A DNA stretch of 64,000 nt, taken from positions 4,363 to 68,362 of the forward strand of contig QKCL01000013.1 of NCBI GenBank assembly GCA_003246895.1. Direction: 5' to 3'. The stretch is from Spirochaetota bacterium. GTDB taxonomy: Bacteria; Spirochaetota; UBA4802; UBA5550. Positions 49,582-57,900 of the stretch are shown here, piece after piece; within the stretch, counting starts at the first letter, position 1; each line of letters opens with the position of its first letter. The translations under genes were made by a program, and so were the position numbers. Under the pieces are notes generated by a model. It was not told the DNA's origin and made no database searches. It saw nothing but the letters and a program-made list of their open reading frames with translations.

Positions 49582-50209
49582 ATTTTGCCTTCTTTTTATG
49601 ATCAATGTGTATTGCCCGAACCTGTCTTCTTTTAACCTTTGGAGCGCCCTCAGGATTGTATTTATCCTGAACTTCCTCTATTGGATGATCTACAAGCATT
49701 TTAACCGCCTGTTCAGCCTTGTTAAGAACATCAATGAGTATAAGGTTTTCCTCAAATGTAAAATCCTGCAGGAGAAAAGCCTCCATTGTTGAATCCTCAG
49801 GGCATTGTCCAACCCCCACTCTGACCTTTGCAAATCTTCCTGATTTCAATGCCCTCTCCATTGAATCTACACCTTCATGGACAATATCAGACTGAAGATA
49901 ATCTATTCTCAGCTCACCGAGCTCAAGGGAGGAATCTTCAACTATACAGATAATATCTTTTACATTTATACGCAAAAAAGAGGCAATATAGAGGACAGAT
50001 TCGCCAATGAGGTTAATAAAAGTCTGGGGTTTAAGAAGAACAATATCGTTCTTGTTTATCTTCCCTCTGCCTATTACGGACTTCTTTTTTTTAATCCTCA
50101 CATCTATGTTTTCATTATTGGCAAGAATATCAACTACCTTGAACCCGATATTCTGCCTGTTGTTAGCAAATCTCTCGCCCGGATTACCGAAACCAACTAT
50201 TAATTTCAA
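49571..50209 (-). CDS. pth: Peptidyl-tRNA hydrolase homolog with non-canonical active site
   Basis: KLIVGFGNPG, LLKPQTF, RVGVG. Downstream of rplY. RHN motif replaced by RQN. Confidence 0.85.
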   Translation of the reverse strand: MKLIVGFGNPGERFANNRQNIGFKVVDILANNENIDVRIKKKKSVIGRGKINKNDIVLLKPQTFINLIGESVLYIASFLRINVKDIICIVEDSSLELGELRIDYLQSDIVHEGVDSMERALKSGRFAKVRVGVGQCPEDSTMEAFLLQDFTFEENLILIDVLNKAEQAVKMLVDHPIEEVQDKYNPEGAPKVKRRQVRAIHIDHKKKAKSSS

Positions 50210-50269
50210 TAGAAACTCCTTTTAATAAATTTTTTACTCACAAAAATTAGAAAGTTTCTAAAATTCATA

Positions 50270-50294
50270 CCGGGGAGTATTATCCTCTCCCCGG
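50270..50294 (-). terminator. GC-rich stem-loop after rplY
   Basis: CCGGGGAG-N9-CTCCCCGG 8 nt after the stop codon, weak U-tract. Confidence 0.55.
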
Positions 50295-50302
50295 AATTAT
50301 CA

Positions 50303-50887
50303 TTACTCAGTTGCAGCAGCCTTGGCTCCTCTAAGTTTTGTTACAGCGGCAATAATGTTTTGAGGATTAGATGTGATTTCGATCTCATCACCATGCTCAA
50401 TTTCTTTAACATGTATTGAATCGCCTGTATCAAGACCGGAAATATCTATAGAGAACTTTGAAGGAAGGTCTCTTGGAAGGCAGATAACTGAAACTTCCCT
50501 TTCTCCATATTTAAGAATACCTCCAAGCTTGACACCCTTAGGAGTACCAACAAGTTCAACAGGAACAATAGTCTTGATCTTTTCTCCCCTTGTAACTTTG
50601 TAAAGGTCAAGGTGGATGTATTCTCCTGTTACTCCGTCTTTCTGATAATCTTTTACATAAGCCATAAGGCCTTCGCCTTCTTTTCCTGCAAGGGCAAGGT
50701 TAAAGATTACACTCTCAGAAATTCTTCCCTTAAAAAGAATAAAAAGATCCTGCTGTTTAACCTGAATGGCTTCAGCCTGACCATGAGAATACAGTACTGC
50801 AGGTACCAATCCTTCATTTCTTAATCTTCTGTTGTTGTTTTTGCCGGTAAGTGTTCTCGACTCTGCTTTTAATACTTTTTCTTCCAT
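50303..50887 (-). CDS. rplY: 50S ribosomal protein L25/Ctc
   Basis: RRLRNEGLVPAVLY, HLDLY, GVKLGG, GDSIHV. Confidence 0.95.
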   Translation of the reverse strand: MEEKVLKAESRTLTGKNNNRRLRNEGLVPAVLYSHGQAEAIQVKQQDLFILFKGRISESVIFNLALAGKEGEGLMAYVKDYQKDGVTGEYIHLDLYKVTRGEKIKTIVPVELVGTPKGVKLGGILKYGEREVSVICLPRDLPSKFSIDISGLDTGDSIHVKEIEHGDEIEITSNPQNIIAAVTKLRGAKAAATE

Positions 50888-50943
50888 TTTGTTTTTTCCT
50901 CTTTTCTTTTACTTTCAGTGTACTGATTCAGTACACCTATCAT

Positions 50944-51885
50944 CTATATAAAGAGTGAACTTACAGATTCACCATTATGTATTCTTCTTATTGCCTCTCC
51001 AAAGAGAGGCGCTATTGAAAGAACTTTCATATTATCCAAACTTTTATCCTCTTTGAGAGGTATTGAATTTGTAAAGATAATTTCCTTAAAGTCAGCTTTA
51101 ACCAGATTATCTCTGGCGTTATCAGATAATACAGCGTGAGAAAACAGGCAGTAAACCTCTTTTGCACCTTTTTCTTTAAGTGCAATGGCTGCCTTTGAAA
51201 TTGATCCGCCCGTATCAACTATATCGTCTATGAGTATACAGTTCTTGTCCTTAACATCCCCGATTACGTGCATTACTGCTGAAATATTTGCTTCAGGCCT
51301 TCGTTTATCAATAATGGCCAGCCCTGTGTCCAGTTTTTTAGCCAGAAATCTTGCCCTGTCAACTCCACCTGCGTCCGGAGACACAACAACGACGTCTTCA
51401 AGATCCAGGGATTTGAGATAATCTATGGCAATTGGAGATGCATAAAGATTATCAACTGGTATATCAAAGAATCCCTGTATCTGATCAGCATGAAGATCCA
51501 TCGTAAGAACCCTGTCCGCCCCTGTTCTCTGAATAATATTTGATACAACCTTTGCAGAAATAGGAACCCTGGGTTCAACCTTTCTGTCCTGCCGTGCATA
51601 TCCGAAATAAGGGATTACAGCAGTTATTCTGCTTGCAGAAGCCCTTAAAGCTGCATCGATCATGAGCAGCAATTCCATTATATTGTCATTTGCCGGATTA
51701 CATGTGGACTGAATAATGAATACATCACTTGACCTTACATTATCATTCAGCTTTACCGATATTTCAGCATCCTTGAACCGTTTTATTTCTACGGGAGAGA
51801 GATTTGTTCCAAGATAATTTGCAATTTCAACGGCAAGCCCCTGATTGGAAGTTCCGCTGAATATCTTTAAAGGATTGGAGTTCAT
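50944..51885 (-). CDS. prs: Ribose-phosphate pyrophosphokinase
   Basis: PYFGYARQDRK, DLHADQIQGFF, SPDAGG, DDIVDTGGS. Confidence 0.97.
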   Translation of the reverse strand: MNSNPLKIFSGTSNQGLAVEIANYLGTNLSPVEIKRFKDAEISVKLNDNVRSSDVFIIQSTCNPANDNIMELLLMIDAALRASASRITAVIPYFGYARQDRKVEPRVPISAKVVSNIIQRTGADRVLTMDLHADQIQGFFDIPVDNLYASPIAIDYLKSLDLEDVVVVSPDAGGVDRARFLAKKLDTGLAIIDKRRPEANISAVMHVIGDVKDKNCILIDDIVDTGGSISKAAIALKEKGAKEVYCLFSHAVLSDNARDNLVKADFKEIIFTNSIPLKEDKSLDNMKVLSIAPLFGEAIRRIHNGESVSSLFI

Positions 51886-52622
51886 TGAGTTTCCTCACAT
51901 AATTTTATATATTCTTCCAGTTTTTCCAACTCTTCACGTGTGTTAATACCAGTTGCCTCGACCGAATTTTTCAGAAGCACGGTCTTTACCTTGTATCCAT
52001 TTTTTAAAATAACTGTTAAAACATCAGGAAGATAGTATTCCCCCTGGGCATTTTCAGTATTTATCATTTTAAGAAAACTGAAAAGAAGTTCACTTTTGAA
52101 AATATATGTACCGCTGTTGACCTCTGTGATTTTTTTCTCATCATCACTCGCGTCTTTTTCTTCAACTATACGTTCAAACACCTGACCGTTTCTGACAATC
52201 CTTCCATAACCTGTGGGATTTTCAAGATTCATTGTGAGAACAACAGCTCCCACATTATCATTATCGGCTTCTCCTGCAAGAGCTTCAAAAGTCTCAGGCT
52301 TCAGGAGAGGAACGTCTCCGCATGTTACTATAACATTTCCCGGGAAATTTCTGTAATACTCCTCAGCCTGCATAACAGCATGACCAGTACCAAGCTGCTC
52401 ATGCTGCCAGACATAATCCACTCTGTTGCCGAGGGAGTTAACCACTTCATCTCCTCTATAACCGACAACTACTACAGTTTCATTGACATTTGCTGATTTA
52501 AGGCTATTAATTACATATTCAATGAGGGGTTTACCACATAGAGGGTGAAGTACCTTGGGGAGTTCGGATTTCATCCTGACCCCCCTGCCTCCGGCAAGTA
52601 CTATGGCAGAGATATTTTTAAT
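51882..52622 (-). CDS. glmU: GlmU-like sugar-phosphate nucleotidyltransferase (uridyltransferase domain only)
   Basis: VLAGGRGVRMKSELPKVLH, QLGTGHAV, GDVPL, GYGRI, EYYLPD, GIN. No hexapeptide acetyltransferase domain. Probable ATT start at 52622. Confidence 0.88.
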   Translation of the reverse strand: MKNISAIVLAGGRGVRMKSELPKVLHPLCGKPLIEYVINSLKSANVNETVVVVGYRGDEVVNSLGNRVDYVWQHEQLGTGHAVMQAEEYYRNFPGNVIVTCGDVPLLKPETFEALAGEADNDNVGAVVLTMNLENPTGYGRIVRNGQVFERIVEEKDASDDEKKITEVNSGTYIFKSELLFSFLKMINTENAQGEYYLPDVLTVILKNGYKVKTVLLKNSVEATGINTREELEKLEEYIKLCEETQ

Positions 52623-52644
52623 GACACATCTCCTGGAAATTATT

Positions 52645-52716
52645 CTGAGGCGCAAGGATTCGAACCTTGGGATGCCGAGACCAAAACCCGGTGCCTTACC
52701 GCTTGGCGACGCCTCA
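52645..52716 (-). tRNA. tRNA-Gln (anticodon TTG), CCA not encoded
   Basis: TGAGGCG-TC-GCCAAGCGGTAAGGC-A-CCGGG-TTTTGGT-CTCGG-CATC-CCAAG-GTTCGAATC-CTTG-CGCCTCA-G folds into a cloverleaf. Confidence 0.97.
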
Positions 52717-52783
52717 ATAATTATCTTTTACGACAACAGAACACATTTTTCAAAATGAGCCGAGTTTGTCAATTATTTTTTGA

Positions 52784-53689
52784 TTAATTGACTATTTTTG
52801 TAATGACCGTCCAGTATTTTTTATTTCTGAATGAATCTCTGAGCTTCTCAGCATCTGCCTCATTTTCAAAAACTGCGAACAAAGTTGAACCCGAACCGGT
52901 CATAAGCGAAAATAACGCACCGGCCTTATCCATTTCATCCCTGATCAACTTCAGCACAGGATGCTGTTCAAAAACCACTTCTTCAAAATCATTTCTGAAA
53001 CATGACTTCCACATTGACATACTACTGAGGCACTGCCTCAGTTCATCCTTTACGGCCATAATACATGGAGCAGGAGCGCCCGTTTTACGGCCCAGCATTC
53101 TGTATGCCTGTCCGGTATTTACACTTATTCCGGCATTAACAAGAAGAACATATCCGTCAGAAACTACGTTTACACCTGTCAGAATCTCCCCCCTGGACTC
53201 TGCAACCGCGGCACCGTCCATGAGAAAAAATGGAATATCAGAACCTGTCTCGGATGCAGCCTGAAATGCTTTTTCGTCTATGGATCTCCCGAGGTGACGA
53301 CAGAGCAGCCTGATTGCAGATGCCGCGTCACTGCTTCCTCCGCCCATGCCTCCCCCTGCGGGAATATTTTTTTCAATTTCAAAAACGATTCTCCCGCCAT
53401 ATCCGGTTTTTTCAAGATACTTTCCCGCGGCAATTGCGATAAGATTTTCCCCCCATGGAATCTCCTCCATGAGATATGAGAATTCAGACTTTCCGGGAAT
53501 TATTTCAATATCAATACATGAAGCACTCTCCGAAAGACTGCATTCTTTTAGAAAGAGTTTATCATGGAGTTCAGTTTTTACCATAATTGAATAGATATCA
53601 TGGAAACCGTCTTCCCTCTTTCCAAGAACTTCAAGGTGAAGATTAAGTTTCGCATTAGCCCGTTCTTCAATGAGCATTTTATCACACAT
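52784..53689 (-). CDS. ispE: 4-diphosphocytidyl-2-C-methyl-D-erythritol kinase
   Basis: AKLNLHLEV...DGFH, KNIPAGGGMGGGSSDAA, GSDIPFF, MTGSGS. Start at 53689 or 53677. Confidence 0.95.
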   Translation of the reverse strand: MCDKMLIEERANAKLNLHLEVLGKREDGFHDIYSIMVKTELHDKLFLKECSLSESASCIDIEIIPGKSEFSYLMEEIPWGENLIAIAAGKYLEKTGYGGRIVFEIEKNIPAGGGMGGGSSDAASAIRLLCRHLGRSIDEKAFQAASETGSDIPFFLMDGAAVAESRGEILTGVNVVSDGYVLLVNAGISVNTGQAYRMLGRKTGAPAPCIMAVKDELRQCLSSMSMWKSCFRNDFEEVVFEQHPVLKLIRDEMDKAGALFSLMTGSGSTLFAVFENEADAEKLRDSFRNKKYWTVITKIVN

Positions 53690-53823
53690 ACGCGCACCAT
53701 ATTTAAAATTAACTTGAATTTCAGTTTCCATAGGAATAGTTTAGAAATATGAAAACACAGGCTTTTATCAACTTTTTTTTGCAAATCTCCCAGTCATACA
53801 ATTCAAGACGGAAGGTATTTTAG

Positions 53824-54915
53824 ATGAATGAACCCAACTTTCAGAATTTCCATGAAGCTGTAAAGAAGTACCGTAATATAGTTTTGTATATTCCGGGGTC
53901 ACCCGACCCGGACGCCATGGCTTCAGCATTCGCCCTTCAGCAGCTTCTTAAATATTATTCCATAGACTCGGATATTACCTCGTGCAAGAAGCTTTCTCTT
54001 GCCCAGAACATGGAATTTGCAAAACTTCTCAATATACATCTCAAAGACTGTGCCAGAATATCCCCGGAAAAATATGATGCATACGCTGTTACAGATTATC
54101 AGAGCAACATAATCAAGGATATAACAGGAATTATCCCCTGCGCTATTCATATAGACCACCATGAAAAAGCAGATAAATTCGAGAAATCCGATTTTTCAAT
54201 TATAGACCAGAATTCCGGTTCGGCAAGCACTCTGGTTGCCCTTCTCATTAAGGAGATTAATCCTGACTTTGATATCGAAACAATGGAGCGTGTCGCCACT
54301 GCACTCATATTCGGAATACAGACAGATACGGACAGGTACACCCATACCTCTAACAGGGATATTGAAGCACTGAAATTTCTCACCCCCTTTTCCATAAAAA
54401 AAATAATCAAGCGCCTTAATGTAAAACCCCTGGAGCCTGAGACAATGCTCTGCTACAAGAACGCTCATTCAAACGCAGTAACTTACAAAGACTGGGGAAT
54501 CTACCCTGCAGGCTATATAAGTATAAAACACCGGGATTCTCTGGCAATCGTTGCAGATATCATGCTCAGGGAGTCGGGGCTAAAAACAGTAATAACATTT
54601 GGAATAGTTGAAGATAAAAAAAATGAACAACTAATACTTGATGCATCATTCAGGACAAACAATCCCAAACTTGACCTTGACCGGCTCATAAAGGGCATTA
54701 CGCCTGGCGGGGGAGCAAGAAAATACAAGGGAGCATTCCAGGTTAAACTGGGATACTTTTACGGCATTACAGAACGGGAAAAATTCCTTGATATAGTTGA
54801 AAAAGCCACAGTTGAAAAACTACAGAAAGCAAAGGACGGAAACTATATTCTGGACATAAAGAGTGTCTACAGCGGCTTCATGAAAAAAATTGCATCCTTT
54901 CTAAAAAATCAGTGA
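53824..54915 (+). CDS. DHH family phosphoesterase
   Basis: PDPDAMAS, IDHH, GIQTDT, C-terminal SFR...GGGA. Confidence 0.88.
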   Translation: MNEPNFQNFHEAVKKYRNIVLYIPGSPDPDAMASAFALQQLLKYYSIDSDITSCKKLSLAQNMEFAKLLNIHLKDCARISPEKYDAYAVTDYQSNIIKDITGIIPCAIHIDHHEKADKFEKSDFSIIDQNSGSASTLVALLIKEINPDFDIETMERVATALIFGIQTDTDRYTHTSNRDIEALKFLTPFSIKKIIKRLNVKPLEPETMLCYKNAHSNAVTYKDWGIYPAGYISIKHRDSLAIVADIMLRESGLKTVITFGIVEDKKNEQLILDASFRTNNPKLDLDRLIKGITPGGGARKYKGAFQVKLGYFYGITEREKFLDIVEKATVEKLQKAKDGNYILDIKSVYSGFMKKIASFLKNQ

Positions 54916-57900
54916 AACCTTTCCTGAAATTTCAAGAGAAAATACTTCACTGGAAAGGGCTCCGTCGTCTCTGCTGTAATAGCGTTCAAGCATGAATGCC
55001 GCATCAAGTTCGCCTTTTACATGTTTATGAAGATTCATCATGAGGCCTGTCTTGAAGTAATACAGGTCATATGGTTCAGGCGACACTGAATTTATATAAT
55101 CATATCTGTTTATTTCTGTCCTGTATTCAATGGAAAAAACAGGAATACCAGTGAGCTTGTAATAGCCCGATAGATAATCAAAGAGCCAGCGTATTTCTGT
55201 ATCATAGAGTATTTTAAACTTATACCCATAATCCTTTTCTTTCAGATCAGCCTGTTCCGCCATATTCTCAATATATATATAATCCCTTTCAGAACTGCCT
55301 GTATCATAATCAATATATTCACGGTCTTTCCTGTGCCTGTAATCAAGAGATCCTCCCAGCACGAGATTGCTCCTTTCCCATTTGAATTCCAGAGACATTT
55401 CAGGCGAAATATTTTTTTCATTTATATTTGAGGTAATAATCTGACTGTCCTTATATGTAAGGCCTATGTTAAGAAAGGAACTATGATGTGATATTCCCGG
55501 TTTGTTCGGCCTGAAAAACCAGAATCCCAATATTTCCATGAGGTCTATTCTTGCTGAAGCGCCCGCATTATATGTAACAATCTGTCCCGGAACACCTTCT
55601 ATATTGGATCTTTCTACTATCTGATTTGCCCCCACATTAAAGTTCATGGTGCCTATGGCTGTTTTAAAATCCGAATTTAAATTAAAATCATCAGCAAGCC
55701 TCAGGGAATTATCGTAATTATCGGGAAGTCCGTAATTCCCCATGTCTATACCGCTGTTCAACCTTCCGTACACAGCGTCCCTTCCCTTTCCGTAGTTGCC
55801 CCTCCCCCTGTAAAAAAAGCCTGGATAATATGTATACAAATCATATACTGCTGGCGACACATCAGACATGACCCTGGAAAGTCCGAACTCTTCATTGAAC
55901 ATTCCTGTTGACTCCCCCTCAAATGGAACACCTGCTTCTGTTACTGTCGCCTTTCTGTTATAATTCAGAGTCACACCTCTCAGATATTTAAGGAGCCCCA
56001 TTCTGCCGAATTTGACGGGAATACTCATATTCATATAAAGATTGCTCAGCGCGCTCTTTGTACGGGAAAAACCTGCTCCCGATGAATATGAATCAAAGTC
56101 ATAATCTTCAAAATCGTATTCACTGTAATCCACTTCAAGTTTGACAACAGGTTTCACATAGAGTGAATCCTTATATCCGACCTCAAGATTCATTACATTT
56201 TTTCTAGCCACATATTTCCCTTCGTCATCACCAAAAAAGGGCACATGAAAGCCTCCCCCCATCGTGCCGTATACGCCATAATCTGTCAGGGAATCGCTCT
56301 TTTCAAGACCGACAAGCTCCTCCAGAGACCTTCTGAAACACGGCTTCACATAAAACCGGCTGTTTGAATAATCGAGATTAAGAGCAAGATCTGTCCTCTG
56401 GCGCTTATCCTGTTCCCTGAGATCCACATATGATGAAAGCACAGATTCTGACAGATCCTGTGAACTTCTTTTTATTGAGTAATCCTTGAAAACAAGCTGC
56501 AGAACCGCATCCGCTCTGAGTCTGCCGGAAAAAAAATTTTCAAGAGTCTGGGTGTACTTCAGGGAAGGGCTGTGTGTCATGCGTCTGTAGTATTCATCAA
56601 AGGATGAACCTGTTATGGAATCATCCCTCTTATTCTCGTAATCATTCAGTGTGTAAGAAAAATTAATTCTGGGGCCCGAAGCACCGGATGAAATGAAATT
56701 TGTAATGAAATTGGCTGTATTGCGCCAGGTTTCCCCCCTGAGATCCTCTGAAACGTCTTCATTTTTACTGTCTGTTTTGAGGTGCTCATTAACAAATTTT
56801 AATGTGGCATCCCAGTTCGGCAGAATCTTCATGCTGGCACTGAACTCCTGGTCCCTCTGGCCAGTGTCATTATTCTCCTTGGCAAGTGAACTGAACTGTG
56901 CGCTGTTACCTTTTATGAGATATTTGATATTCATGTCGGAGATAACCGGTACTCCGCTTCTGGTTCTATAGAGCGGATTTTTGAATTTGATTTCATTCTC
57001 ATACCAGTAGGCGCTGCCCTTGAGCGTCATGGGCTCAGAGACATATATATCATTGAGCCAAATGGTTCCGCTTGTCCCTGCTCCGTAAAATACAACCTTC
57101 AGATAGGTTATCCTCTTGAAATCCGGATCCCCCGTTGTACTGTACACTTCAATATCCCCGTCTGACGTGTCCTTTAACTTAATGGCAAACTGCTCCCAGG
57201 TTCGCAGTATTGAAGGAGAAATTCTGTATTCAGCGTAATCATAGTCCGATGACCCCACTACTATGCCCATGGTTGTTGTGCCCGGAAAGGTCCGTGCATT
57301 CATCCAGAGGTTAAGTGTTCTGTAAAACCTGATATCAATAGGTGTACTGAAAGTTCTTTTTATCGAAACGTTGCTGTTTACCCCGGGAATGTCAAAATCA
57401 ATCTGAAGGGCCGTCTCCCGCTCCTCATTTACTTCGTCGCTGTCAAGATCTCCATAGAGAGATTCATAGACCCCCCGTTTCTCCTTTAAAAATGACTCAC
57501 TTCTGTAGTCGGAATCATCAATGGTGTTTAAAAGAACCGTCTGTATTCTGTCCGAACTTTCCGTGCCGGCGCCGTCCAGTTCCGGATTTCTCCATTTTGA
57601 GCCGACCATTTTGAGCCCGTCCACAAAGAGCCGGCCCTTTGTTCCTGTGCTCTGGACCGCATAGAACCTCAGGGACCTAACCTCCTGAAGCAGTGCAGTT
57701 TCAGTGCTGGAGAGACTGCTCCAGTCAATGTAAACCCTGATTTTCTGCCATGACCCGCTTGAAACAGTTACCGATCCCAGATCAACTGTATAGACATTCT
57801 CTGTGGTATCAAGAGAACCGTCTCCGTCCTGATCCTCACTGTTCAGCTTTCCGTCACCCTTTGTATCACTGCTGAGCCCCGGGCCTGAACCTACAACTGT

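Noticed and set aside
52623..52655. TTG start at 52655 for the glmU-like ORF given by the ORF track
   Set aside because: Lies inside tRNA-Gln and has no SD.
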